Counted from the first letter of the stretch, positions 36,919 through 46,701 are shown. The stretch: DNA of 64,000 nt from Cytophagaceae bacterium (GCA_027488335.1 JAIYBU010000114.1:15-64014); one strand, 5' to 3'. Numbers and translations are program-made. Notes: a model not told the origin generated them from the sequence alone.

Positions 36919-38319
36919 TTACATCTGCTTCAACTCAGTCACTAACTTGGCCAAAACGCCTTTGGCATCGCCAAAAAGCATACTTGTTTTTGGTTGGTAG
37001 AAAAGAAGATTATCAATACCAGCGTAGCCAGCATTCATGCTTCGCTTATTGACGATGATATTTGTGGCATTTTCGACGTCAAGAATTGGCATTCCAAAAA
37101 TTGGCGAAGAAGGGTCTGTTTTAGCGGCTGGATTTACCACATCGTTTGCACCTACAACTAATACCACATCGGTTGTGGCAAATTGTGGGTTAATGTCTTC
37201 CATTTCGACTAATTTATCGTAGGATACATTACTTTCTGCCAATAATACATTCATGTGGCCAGGCATACGTCCAGCAACAGGGTGAATGGCATAGACAACT
37301 TCCACACCACGTTCTTCAAGTAATAATTCTAATTCGTGAATGACATGTTGGGCTTGAGCAACTGCCAAACCATAGCCTGGAACAATTACTACTTTCTTAG
37401 CATAATTCATCAAGATAGCGGTATCTGAAATGGAGATATCTTTGATACTTCCATTCACTTCTGCCCCTGAACCTGCGGCAGAACCTCCTCCAAATGCTCC
37501 AAAGATTACATTGCTCAGTGGGCGATTCATGGCTTTACACATGGCCAAAGTCAAGATTGTTCCTGCCGAGCCTACCAAAATTCCGCCCGTGAGCATGACT
37601 TGATTTTGGTAGAGGAATCCGCCAAAAGCAGCGGCTAAACCTGTGAATGAATTGAGTAATGAAATAACTACGGGCATATCAGCACCACCAATCGGAATCA
37701 CAAACAAAACGCCATAGACCAATGCAAAAACAAATAATAGAACTACTAAAAACAGATGCTCAGGTTGTGCGTAAACGATGTATGCTCCGAACAAAACAAG
37801 AGCAATCATCACGACGGTATTTAGGATATTGTACTTAGGAATTCTGATTGGTTTTTTCATGGTTTCGTTGAGTTTCAAGAAAGCAATGATGCTTCCGCTG
37901 AACGAAACCGAACCAATGATTAGGCCCGCAATTATAGTGGTTAATGCACCCGTTTGGCCAAGATTATGCTCATATTCCATCAAACCGATGATAGCGGCAC
38001 AAGCTCCCCCCATACCATTGAAAAGAGAAACTAACTCAGGCATTTTGGTCATTTGTACACGCATGGCCGTAAACCAACCAGCTACTGTTCCGACACCAAT
38101 TGCGGCTAAAATCAAGATAATTTTTATTGGCTCACGAGTAGTATGTCCGTCGGAATGATTGTATAGGAAAATTGTTCCTATAATGGCCAAAGTCATACCA
38201 AAAGCAGCATAAATATTGCCTTTACGTGCCGTATCGGGGTGACTCAGCATTTTCAAACCAAGTACAAATGTTACCGAAGCAATTAAATAGATAATGTCGA
38301 GTATATATTTTATTTCCAT
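36919..38319 (-). CDS. pntB: NAD(P) transhydrogenase beta subunit
   Basis: MTKMPELVSLFNGMGG; IGGADMPVVISLLNS; VPGYGLAVAQAQH; HPVAGRMPGHMNVLLAE; GANDVVNPAA. Confidence 0.95.
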   Translation of the reverse strand: MEIKYILDIIYLIASVTFVLGLKMLSHPDTARKGNIYAAFGMTLAIIGTIFLYNHSDGHTTREPIKIILILAAIGVGTVAGWFTAMRVQMTKMPELVSLFNGMGGACAAIIGLMEYEHNLGQTGALTTIIAGLIIGSVSFSGSIIAFLKLNETMKKPIRIPKYNILNTVVMIALVLFGAYIVYAQPEHLFLVVLLFVFALVYGVLFVIPIGGADMPVVISLLNSFTGLAAAFGGFLYQNQVMLTGGILVGSAGTILTLAMCKAMNRPLSNVIFGAFGGGSAAGSGAEVNGSIKDISISDTAILMNYAKKVVIVPGYGLAVAQAQHVIHELELLLEERGVEVVYAIHPVAGRMPGHMNVLLAESNVSYDKLVEMEDINPQFATTDVVLVVGANDVVNPAAKTDPSSPIFGMPILDVENATNIIVNKRSMNAGYAGIDNLLFYQPKTSMLFGDAKGVLAKLVTELKQM

Positions 38320-38343
38320 GTGTTTCGAGAAGACAGTACATTA

Positions 38344-38366
38344 GTTCCCTGAGCGTAGCCGAAGGG
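38344..38366. repeat. Short palindromic intergenic repeat (REP-like)
   Basis: GTTCCCTGAGCGTAGCCGAAGGG; resembles a dispersed Bacteroidota repeat recalled as CCCTGAGCGGAGTCGAAGGG. Confidence 0.45.
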
Positions 38367-38375
38367 AGGGAAAGA

Positions 38376-38684
38376 TTATTTTTTCTTTTTAAACATTTCT
38401 AACATTCTATCGGTAACGGCAAACCCTCCGACTACATTTAGTGTACCCAGTACAACCGCCACAAAGCCAAGAGCCAGTGCCAGTATATTATCGGTAGGAG
38501 TATTGAGCATAACAATTATTGCCCCAACAATCACGACTCCGTGAATGGCGTTTGCACCGCTCATTAAGGGTGTATGAAGTACGGCGGGTACTTTTCCGAT
38601 AACCTCAACGCCTACAAAAACAGATAATATAATAATGTATATCATCTGAATATTTTCGCCGAGAAAATTTAGTAGTTGATTCAT
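38376..38684 (-). CDS. pntA: NAD(P) transhydrogenase alpha subunit, membrane part (alpha-2)
   Basis: KVPAVLHTPLMSGANAIHG; NVVGGFAVTDRMLEMF. Confidence 0.95.
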   Translation of the reverse strand: MNQLLNFLGENIQMIYIIILSVFVGVEVIGKVPAVLHTPLMSGANAIHGVVIVGAIIVMLNTPTDNILALALGFVAVVLGTLNVVGGFAVTDRMLEMFKKKK

Positions 38685-38838
38685 TGTTTGGTAATTTGTT
38701 ACTTAGAAACTGGTTATTATGCTATTAGCTACTGGGGAATTTATTACAGGTTACTTGAGTATTAGTTGATTGAGTAATTAGTTATTGCCACCAGTAAGCA
38801 GTTATCTAATAACCAGTTACTGCTTTCCCAATAATTAA

Positions 38839-39945
38839 TCAACGAGTAATCACCTTTCCATTATGCACAACCAATGAGCCTTTCGTGATTTCTTCCTCCA
38901 TTTCCCATTTGAAGCCATCTTTAGTGGCAAGGTGCAGCAAGAAAGTGGCGATATTCTTGGCGTATAGTTCGCTGGCATTGAGAGGAAGTGTTGAAGGGAT
39001 ATTGGCTTCACCAACAATCGTTACTCCGTGTTTTTCGACGGTTTTGCCAAATTCACTGCAAGCACAGTTTCCGCCTTGTTCAACCGCCATATCGACTATA
39101 ACAGCACCAAATTTCATGTTTTTAACGACTTCTTCTGGAATCAACATTGGGGCTTTTTTGCCAGGAATTAGTGCCGTTGTGATAACTAAATCGGCTTCGC
39201 AGATGTGTTTGGAAATTACTTCTTGTTGTCTTTTCAAGAAATCTTCTGAAACTCCTTTTACATAACCTCCCTCAATTTTTACAGAATCATCACCTTTTAC
39301 CTCGATGAATCTTCCACCCAAAGATTCGACTTGCTCTTTTGTTTCGGGACGAATATCGCTTACTTCAACTACCGCACCAAGACGTTTTGCCGTTGCAATT
39401 GCTTGTAAACCTGCCACACCCGCACCCATAATGACCACTTTGGCGGGTTTGATTGTACCTGCGGCTGTCATGAGTAGAGGAAAGATTTTGCCTAAATGAT
39501 ATGCCCCAATAATGACCGATTTGTAGCCAGCTAAGTTGGCTTGGGAACTCAACGCATCCATTTTCTGAGCTCGTGAAATACGAGGAATAGCATCGACCGA
39601 AAATGCCGAAATTCCTTGCTTGGCAGCGGCTTCAACCATTTCGGGGTTAGTGGCGGCATACATGAACGAAATAGCAATTGCTCCTTTTTTCATGAAGGCG
39701 ATTTCGTCGGTGCTGAGAGGGTTTACTTTCAGAACTACATCGGCAGTAGTGAGCAATGCAGATTTATCATTTTGAATGTTAACCCCAACTGCCATATAGG
39801 CCGCGTCGTCGAAGAAAGATGTTTTTCCTGCGTCGTGTTCGAGGTGGCATTCAAATCCTGCTTGGATTAATTGTTTGCAGACTTCTGGCGTGAGAGCTAC
39901 TCGGCGTTCAAATGGTTTGGTTTCCCTAATTACGGCTAATTTCAC
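38839..39945 (-). CDS. pntA: NAD(P) transhydrogenase alpha subunit, NAD-binding part (alpha-1)
   Basis: ERRVALTP; RISRAQKMDALSSQANLAGY; GAGVAGLQA; DLVITTALIPG; DMAVEQGGN; GTG start at 39945 inferred. Confidence 0.95.
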   Translation of the reverse strand: MKLAVIRETKPFERRVALTPEVCKQLIQAGFECHLEHDAGKTSFFDDAAYMAVGVNIQNDKSALLTTADVVLKVNPLSTDEIAFMKKGAIAISFMYAATNPEMVEAAAKQGISAFSVDAIPRISRAQKMDALSSQANLAGYKSVIIGAYHLGKIFPLLMTAAGTIKPAKVVIMGAGVAGLQAIATAKRLGAVVEVSDIRPETKEQVESLGGRFIEVKGDDSVKIEGGYVKGVSEDFLKRQQEVISKHICEADLVITTALIPGKKAPMLIPEEVVKNMKFGAVIVDMAVEQGGNCACSEFGKTVEKHGVTIVGEANIPSTLPLNASELYAKNIATFLLHLATKDGFKWEMEEEITKGSLVVHNGKVITR

Positions 39946-40043
39946 AATGCTTTTGGTCAAAAGATGTTTGATAAAGCAATATAGAAATATTTCAATTATT
40001 TGTCAAAATATTTATAAAAATATTTTTCAAAGAAAGCATAAAA

Positions 40044-41273
40044 TCAGAATGATTCAGGCTCATAATCAATTGGAAGAAATTCTCCCATTTTTTCAATTCC
40101 CCAACGACCTTCAAACAAAACCGCCAAGGGATTAACCAAATGCCCTGTTGATTCAATCAAAGTTTTGGGTTCTAAAAGTGTTAAAATAGAAACTTGTGGG
40201 GCATTTCTTTTTCCTAAGTCGGCAAATTGAGGTTCTTCAAATTCACGTTCGTAGAAAACATAGAGATAGTTTTCAAAATTTAATAATGGAAGATTTTGTC
40301 TGACTTCAAAAACACAATTTTCATCTAAAGGCAAGCGATGAAGGTACTGTACATAAGGCGAACGCTTTGGATTTGGAACTTTATGCAGCCATTTGTTTCT
40401 ACTTAAAATAATATCTGTCGAATCGACTTCTTTTTTTGCTTTTGCGGCGTGTTGAATAATATTTCCTAAACTATCTTTGATTTCAGGAAAAAGAGGAACC
40501 ATGAAAAAACGTTTTTCCTCACGAAGCATGGTATAAACTTTATATCCAGCATTTGCCCAATCGTGGTTAATGGTTGATTTTAAGAAGTGTTGGGGCGAAC
40601 CAAAATAGGCTTTTTCTCGATTTTCGTGCCATTTTTGCTGTTTTTTTTCGTTTTTGGTAGTCATTTCCTGAAAAAATGGGAAACCATAATACGTTACATA
40701 ACTCTGCGAAAAACTATATTTGAATTCTTCAAGTTCGTATTTTATTGTATAGCCTAAAGCTCGGTTTTCAATCTCCAAAGGTTCATTTGCTTTGATGGTC
40801 AATTCCGATTCATCATCGCTCAACGAAAACCAAAGAGCTTTCGGGTTTTTTAAAATACACGATTCAGAAAAAGTAGTTCGACCTAAAAAATGTTCTTTGA
40901 AAAGCGGGTAATATCTCTCAAAACCATTTCTGAGTCTTTTCACGGTTACGCCTTGTAAAGCAATAGCATCGGGCGAAAGCATAATTAGTAAGGGTTTTCG
41001 GAGGGTATCGGCTTTGATTTTGATAGAAATAGTTTCGTAGCCAATAAAACTCACCACCAAGTCAAGCACACCCGTAGGAACATTGGTTAGTTTAAATCGA
41101 CCTTTATCGTCAGCTTGCTGACCTTTGGTTGAGTTGCTGATAAACACATTGGCAAATGAAAGAGGTTTTCGGTCGTCGCCACTAATCACTCTGCCTTCGA
41201 TGTTTCGTTGGCAAAAACTAAGTGAAGAGACACTCACAAATAGGCAATATAAAACGAAGCTTCGGAAACGCAT
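40044..41273 (-). CDS. Carboxypeptidase-like regulatory domain protein
   Basis: Signal peptide; GRV...D.KPLSFANVFI.NSTKG...D..G.F.L; VSFIGYET. Confidence 0.8.
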   Translation of the reverse strand: MRFRSFVLYCLFVSVSSLSFCQRNIEGRVISGDDRKPLSFANVFISNSTKGQQADDKGRFKLTNVPTGVLDLVVSFIGYETISIKIKADTLRKPLLIMLSPDAIALQGVTVKRLRNGFERYYPLFKEHFLGRTTFSESCILKNPKALWFSLSDDESELTIKANEPLEIENRALGYTIKYELEEFKYSFSQSYVTYYGFPFFQEMTTKNEKKQQKWHENREKAYFGSPQHFLKSTINHDWANAGYKVYTMLREEKRFFMVPLFPEIKDSLGNIIQHAAKAKKEVDSTDIILSRNKWLHKVPNPKRSPYVQYLHRLPLDENCVFEVRQNLPLLNFENYLYVFYEREFEEPQFADLGKRNAPQVSILTLLEPKTLIESTGHLVNPLAVLFEGRWGIEKMGEFLPIDYEPESF

Positions 41274-41412
41274 TGAATAACTAAATATAATAAGGGTACA
41301 AATTAATCACTAATAAATGATATTTTTATAGTTGATAGATTAAAATTATGTGGAAACTCTTTTTTTGAAATCGACAGAATTTTCCTCAACTTTGATTATT
41401 AACTAATCAATC

Positions 41413-41841
41413 ATGGAAGAGCAAAAGAAAATTATAAAGCATTATAAAAACGATGATATTACGGTCGTTTGGCAGCCACATATCTGTATCCACTCGGCTA
41501 TTTGTTTCAGAGGTTTATCAAAAGTTTTTAATCCACAAAAACGCCCGTGGATAAACTTAGAAGGTGCTGAAAGTGCAGCGATTATGAAGCAAATTGATGA
41601 TTGCCCATCGGGAGCGTTATCGTATATCAAGCACGCCGAAGAACCACAAAATTTGGAAGTAGAAACTATCGTTGAGCCGCTCCAAAATGGACCGTTATTG
41701 GTCTATGGAAATATCTCAATCAAAGACATCGAAGGAAATCTGACCAAGAAATTCAAAACAACTGCACTTTGCCGTTGCGGTGCATCTAACAATAAACCTT
41801 ATTGTGATGGCTCGCATGTGAAGGTGGGATTTGAGGGATAA
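41413..41841 (+). CDS. Divergent 4Fe-4S-binding plus CDGSH iron-sulfur domain protein
   Basis: CIHSAICFRGL..VF.P..RPW; CPSGALS; ALCRCGASNNKPYCDGSH. Confidence 0.9.
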   Translation: MEEQKKIIKHYKNDDITVVWQPHICIHSAICFRGLSKVFNPQKRPWINLEGAESAAIMKQIDDCPSGALSYIKHAEEPQNLEVETIVEPLQNGPLLVYGNISIKDIEGNLTKKFKTTALCRCGASNNKPYCDGSHVKVGFEG

Positions 41842-41895
41842 CGTTGTAGTGTAGGTTTTCAACCTGTTAAAAGCCATTTACAAAGCTTCCTAAAC

Positions 41896-41931
41896 AAAAA
41901 AGCGTAGAACTGATTAAATTCTACGCTTTTT
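41896..41931. terminator. Bidirectional terminator
   Basis: AAAAAAGCGTAGAA...TTCTACGCTTTTT. Confidence 0.8.
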
Positions 41932-41952
41932 ATGTTTTATTAATCAAGGAAA

Positions 41953-42828
41953 TCAATCTTTAATTCCCGCCGCTTTCTCTTCTGCCAATTTTCGTTTTTC
42001 TTCTCTTGCCGAAATAATAATACTTACTTCGTAAAGAATATAGAGTGGGAAGGCCACCAAAATCTGACTTGTTACGTCAGGCGATGGCGTAATGATAGCC
42101 GCCACAATCAAGATTACGACTACTGCGTGTTTGCGGTATGTACGCATAAAGTCTGGCCCGATTACCCCTATTTTTGTTAGAACAAAGATGGCTACTGGTA
42201 ATTGGAAGGCCACACCACAAGCCAATGTGAGGGTTGCCAAGATTGAGATATACGAACCAATATCAAATTGGTTTTTGATACTTGGGTCAATTTGGAAATT
42301 AACTAAGAAGTTAATCGCCAAAGGCGAAACAATAAAATAACCGAACGAAACTCCCGAAAAGAATAAGAAGGTTACATAAAAAACAGCCCCACGTGCCGAT
42401 TTGCTTTCAGAAGGTTTTAAGCCTGGTTTGACGAAACGCCAGATTTCCCAAAAAACATAGGGAAAAGCGAAAACTAAACCAATAATAGCCGCTGAAGTAA
42501 GAGCCATTACAAATTGCCCTGACACTTCACGACTCATTAATTCAAAGTTGAGTTTATCTACACACAGCCCAGGAGCTCCAACCAAATTACCCAACTTACA
42601 CATCATGCGGTAAGTCCAGAAATCGGTTTTTGCGGGGCCTAAAATTACTTTATTGTAGATTTCTTCAATGAAAACAAATGCAAAAACCATGAAGAAAACT
42701 ATCGAAATAGCTGCACGAATTAAATGCCAACGAAGTTCTTCGAGGTGGTCAAGAAACCCCATTTCTTTGCCTTCCGATTCTTTTTCGTCGTCGTCGTAAT
42801 CAAAATAAGGTGTTTGGTCTAAAGCCAT
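41953..42828 (-). CDS. tatC: Twin-arginine translocase subunit TatC
   Basis: MGFLDHLEELRWHL; PGLKPSE; FQLPV; AAIITPSPD. Confidence 0.95.
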   Translation of the reverse strand: MALDQTPYFDYDDDEKESEGKEMGFLDHLEELRWHLIRAAISIVFFMVFAFVFIEEIYNKVILGPAKTDFWTYRMMCKLGNLVGAPGLCVDKLNFELMSREVSGQFVMALTSAAIIGLVFAFPYVFWEIWRFVKPGLKPSESKSARGAVFYVTFLFFSGVSFGYFIVSPLAINFLVNFQIDPSIKNQFDIGSYISILATLTLACGVAFQLPVAIFVLTKIGVIGPDFMRTYRKHAVVVILIVAAIITPSPDVTSQILVAFPLYILYEVSIIISAREEKRKLAEEKAAGIKD

Positions 42829-42840
42829 TTTACTTAAAAT

Positions 42841-42902
42841 TTGTAGGACGGGTTTTGAACCCGTCTCGTCTATCAGTGACGGGTTTAAAACCCGTCCTAC
42901 AA
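42841..42902. repeat. GTAG-type REP doublet (inverted pair)
   Basis: TTGTAGGACGGGTTTTGAACCCGTC (42841-42865) and GACGGGTTTAAAACCCGTCCTACAA (42878-42902): one mismatch, 12-bp spacer. Confidence 0.8.
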
Positions 42903-42914
42903 TATAATTAATAA

Positions 42915-43517
42915 TTATTTACTTGCAGTAGTATCAGCTTTTACTTTACCTGATTTCTTATCTTCTGCGTATTTTTTGTTTAAACCTTCTAAAACGGCTT
43001 TTGTGATATCTAAATCTTCTTTGGCAAATAATACACCACCACCTTTCGAGTAGCCGATTACCATATCATATTTATCGCCAGCGTTAAATTCTTTCAAAAA
43101 TGCTTGAATGTTATTCAATACATCTTCGGTTTTCTTACCATCTTCTTTCGCTAAGTCTTGAGCGGCTTTATCACGATATGCCATGATTGATTGCTCTTCT
43201 TGTTGGAGTTGAGCCTGAGCGGTTTGTCCTTGCTCTTGTGTCATGCCACCTTGTTGTACTTTTTGCTGGAAGAAAGCAACTTTATTTTGGAAATTTTTTG
43301 CCTTGTTAGCAATATCAGTTTCAAGACGGAAACGTTTATTTTCAGAAGATTTTACGATGTCTTTATAGTAATCGTATTGATTTAAAAGTGTATCTGTATT
43401 TACATACACAATACGACCAGCCACTTGCTTGCCACCAGTTGTTGCTGTAGAAGCAGATTTGTCACAACCCCAGATAATTACTGAAAGTAAAAGAACTACA
43501 ATAGAAAAATTTTTCAT
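42915..43517 (-). CDS. OmpH/Skp-family chaperone (lipoprotein)
   Basis: Lipobox IWGC; IVYVNTDTLL..Y; coiled-coil body; YDMVI...VLFA...DIT..VLEGLN. Confidence 0.85.
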   Translation of the reverse strand: MKNFSIVVLLLSVIIWGCDKSASTATTGGKQVAGRIVYVNTDTLLNQYDYYKDIVKSSENKRFRLETDIANKAKNFQNKVAFFQQKVQQGGMTQEQGQTAQAQLQQEEQSIMAYRDKAAQDLAKEDGKKTEDVLNNIQAFLKEFNAGDKYDMVIGYSKGGGVLFAKEDLDITKAVLEGLNKKYAEDKKSGKVKADTTASK

Positions 43518-43668
43518 GAGAAATTAAATTAGTAAACAAGCTAAGGAGTAAATGACAAATAAATCTTCCACTCAGAAAGCTATTTCGATGATTTTTTAAT
43601 GGTTTTTGAATAAATAAAGTTCGCAAATATAAAAAAATCCCCCCGAAAAGGAGGGATTGTAGATAGTT

Positions 43669-44025
43669 TTATTTAAAAAGCTGCCTAAAATGATAACCAG
43701 CCGTAGCCGATAACCCTGCAACCTGTGAGCCAATAATAGTCATAATTGTAAAAAAAGTTGGAGTAACGGGCAGATTTTTCAAGAATTTGATATTTTCTGT
43801 AAACAAACCACCGATTTTTTGCACCATGATTCCTTCGTTAACCGAATTTAAAAAAGTAGCATAGCCCACCCAAAGTGTGGCGATAGCTCCAGCGGCAGCG
43901 GCATACGCTCCGAGAGCGGTTTCTGATTTCCAAGCACCAATGGCAAATGCGATAGGGGCTATCACCCACCATGGTAAAAAATATTGTGCAACTGCACTGA
44001 CGATTAATATGATAATGTAGTTCAT
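43669..44025 (-). CDS. Hypothetical membrane protein
   Basis: 118 aa, hydrophobic, LPWW..A motif. Confidence 0.7.
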   Translation of the reverse strand: MNYIIILIVSAVAQYFLPWWVIAPIAFAIGAWKSETALGAYAAAAGAIATLWVGYATFLNSVNEGIMVQKIGGLFTENIKFLKNLPVTPTFFTIMTIIGSQVAGLSATAGYHFRQLFK

Positions 44026-44034
44026 CTCTTTGAT

Positions 44035-44095
44035 AGTTCTGAATTCTGAGTGCTGAATTCTGAGTTAATTTGAGTCAAAAACTACTCAGCACTCA
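44035..44095. repeat. Heptamer tandem array with a partial inverted copy
   Basis: AGTTCTG AATTCTG AGTGCTG AATTCTG (44035-44062); inverted ACTCAGCACTCA at 44084-44095. Confidence 0.6.
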
Positions 44096-44106
44096 AAACG
44101 AATGTA

Positions 44107-46569
44107 TTACTTTTTGCTTATTTTTAATGTTCCCGAAATACGGCTACTTTTTTCATCTTTCGATTTCATGAAAAGTAGCTCGTTGAGCTCGCCTTTCGCC
44201 CATTTATCAATCATGTTATCGTAGAATGGACTCGCAGGGTTACCCGACTGTCCGCCTGGATAAAGACCATACGCCTTTGGCCAACCTTTATCAAGCTGTA
44301 CAACCATTCTCCACGATGGGCCGTTAAGTTCGGTCGTGGCATTTACAATTCCAGCCCCACCACCATTCGTAATATCTTGACGGCCAAAACCTGGCAAACG
44401 CCCCAAATGATTAATATCCGTGCTTTTTACTTTATTCCATGCCCAAGTGTCTGGATTCATTGGTCCGTGTTTCATAGTCAAAGAATCAATGCTGGCTTTG
44501 AAGCTGTGTTTTACTACATCCTGTAATGTTTCTTGTTTATTTTTGGTCGAAACATTATCAAACCATTTAGCCGTTGGTTCTTTCACAATCATATCCCACA
44601 TTCTATTGCGTGAAGGATAAGCCATTGGAGCTTTGAGGTCTGTCATCGGAAACTCATCTTCAAAAACTGTGTAACGAAGTTCTTTTATCCAACGCTCAAA
44701 AATAGTTGCACCCACTTCGTTGGCATCGTTTTTCATATTCCATTTAGCCAAAGTCTGATACGCAGGGTTTTTGTTTTCTGAAGAATCAGCATTCAAAATT
44801 TTCATCAAAACTGGTAAGATTCTACGAGCTTCTACATTAAAGTTATCGTTTTGAAGCATTCTTAGGCTATCGACAGTGGCTTTTTGCATTTTTTCGAGGC
44901 GTTCGTTGATTCTAATTGCACGTTCGCTCGGAGCAAACCTCCAACCTAAATAATAGGGATAAGTTGGGTCAGCCGAAAACTGATTCGCCGAACTCACAAA
45001 ACCTCTTGGAGGGTTTTTTACAGTTGGATTTTGGTCAACGGGAATCCACCCTTGCCAATCGTGAGCAGGATTTGAGCCGTCCATGATAAACTTGCCTTGT
45101 TCTTTCCATTTCAAAGGTAATTTGCCGTTTGGCGTAATCGAAATATCGTTTTGGTTGCTTGCAAACACAAAGTTTTGGGCAGGAGCAACATAATAGGTAA
45201 GTGCCTTGCGATAGTCATCGTAGTTTTTTGCACGATTTAGGTAATAAAATGCCATCAAATCAGTTCCTTCTTTTTCGTGAGCCACCCAACGCATAGCATG
45301 TCCGACAGGTACATTTTGATTGAAATTTTTATCCGAAGCTATATTATATACAATTGGCCCGTGATGCGTACTAAAAACTGTGTCTTTCAACGATTCGGGG
45401 CGACCTTTCACCACAAATTCTTCGATTCGCATCGTAGTTGGTTTCCAAGCACCATTGTACCAGTATTCTTTTTTTGTCTTGTCTTTAAATTTAATCTGGT
45501 AAAAATCCATTACATCAGAGCCAACGTTGGTTACACCCCAAGCTACATCTTTATTGAAACCAATGACAACCCCAGGAGCTCCAGGTAGGCAAGCACCATA
45601 GACATTCATGGTTGGCGTGCAGAGTTGCATCTGATACCAAATTGAAGGCAAAGTAAGCTGTAAGTGCGGGTCATTGGCTAAAATTGGTAAACCCGTAGCC
45701 GATTTTTCGCCACTAACTGCCCAGTTATTACTGCCAATTTCGGGCGAATGTTGTGGCACATCAAAGGCAACACTTTCGCTGGTAGATAAAGTGGCGGTTG
45801 TTTGAGCGGGTACTGCTGGTACTGGTACAGGCGTAAAATTCCATTTTGTACCGACAGGAATTATCGGCGATTCATTGCTCGGATAATTCGGGAATAAATC
45901 TTTTACAACCTCCATTCCATATTTAGAAAGAGCATTCGACATACGGAAATCGTCGCTGCCACCGTTTAGCACATTACGCATATTCATCATCATGAGAATG
46001 GTTTTGTAAGGCGACCATTCTTCGGGTTGATACCCAATGATTTTGTATTCGACAGGAAGATTCTTATATTTAAGTTGCTTGATGTAGGTATTCACGCCTG
46101 CTGAATAAGCGTTTAGCACTTCATCAAAAATTTTGTTGGTTTTGCCGTTTTCATAGACTTTTTTTGCGGCATCGGCCATGCCTATTCGGCGGCTATAACG
46201 GTCGAGTTCTAAGGCACGTTCGCCTACAACTTCGGCTAATCGACCAGAGGCGGCGAGTGTATAAAACTCCATTTGCCAGAGGCGGTCACGAGCCATGAGG
46301 TAGCCTTGTGTAAAGTAAACATCGTGGTCATTTTTGGCAAAAACGTGCGGCACTCGGTTATCGTCGAATACGACATTTACTTCGTCCTGTACGCCTTCAA
46401 GCTGCAGGTTGGTCGGGGGGAGGTCGAGTTTTGATTCTCCGTTTTGCCAAAAGCCCTCGAATGGGCTAAAGAGTCGTCCGAGAGCAGGAACTGGCCCGAG
46501 TGGACGGTTCAAGGCATAAGTCAAACCTGCCGCAGCCAAGAGACTTATGATAAATTTTACGAATTTCAT
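44107..46569 (-). CDS. Penicillin acylase-family Ntn hydrolase
   Basis: VPHVFA; QGY..ARDRLWQM; GSNNWAV nucleophile Ser; ANDPHL; PGGQSGNP.SP.YD. Confidence 0.92.
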   Translation of the reverse strand: MKFVKFIISLLAAAGLTYALNRPLGPVPALGRLFSPFEGFWQNGESKLDLPPTNLQLEGVQDEVNVVFDDNRVPHVFAKNDHDVYFTQGYLMARDRLWQMEFYTLAASGRLAEVVGERALELDRYSRRIGMADAAKKVYENGKTNKIFDEVLNAYSAGVNTYIKQLKYKNLPVEYKIIGYQPEEWSPYKTILMMMNMRNVLNGGSDDFRMSNALSKYGMEVVKDLFPNYPSNESPIIPVGTKWNFTPVPVPAVPAQTTATLSTSESVAFDVPQHSPEIGSNNWAVSGEKSATGLPILANDPHLQLTLPSIWYQMQLCTPTMNVYGACLPGAPGVVIGFNKDVAWGVTNVGSDVMDFYQIKFKDKTKKEYWYNGAWKPTTMRIEEFVVKGRPESLKDTVFSTHHGPIVYNIASDKNFNQNVPVGHAMRWVAHEKEGTDLMAFYYLNRAKNYDDYRKALTYYVAPAQNFVFASNQNDISITPNGKLPLKWKEQGKFIMDGSNPAHDWQGWIPVDQNPTVKNPPRGFVSSANQFSADPTYPYYLGWRFAPSERAIRINERLEKMQKATVDSLRMLQNDNFNVEARRILPVLMKILNADSSENKNPAYQTLAKWNMKNDANEVGATIFERWIKELRYTVFEDEFPMTDLKAPMAYPSRNRMWDMIVKEPTAKWFDNVSTKNKQETLQDVVKHSFKASIDSLTMKHGPMNPDTWAWNKVKSTDINHLGRLPGFGRQDITNGGGAGIVNATTELNGPSWRMVVQLDKGWPKAYGLYPGGQSGNPASPFYDNMIDKWAKGELNELLFMKSKDEKSSRISGTLKISKK

Positions 46570-46701
46570 TGATTTGGGTAAGAGTGTTTAGAAGTTTAAT
46601 GATTACGAAAGTAGAAAAAAAGCATGAATATTTTATTTTTTAATGAGTTTTTAGGACTTTTTTGTGAGAAAAAGCTGTTGTGTATCAAAATATTTATACG
46701 A

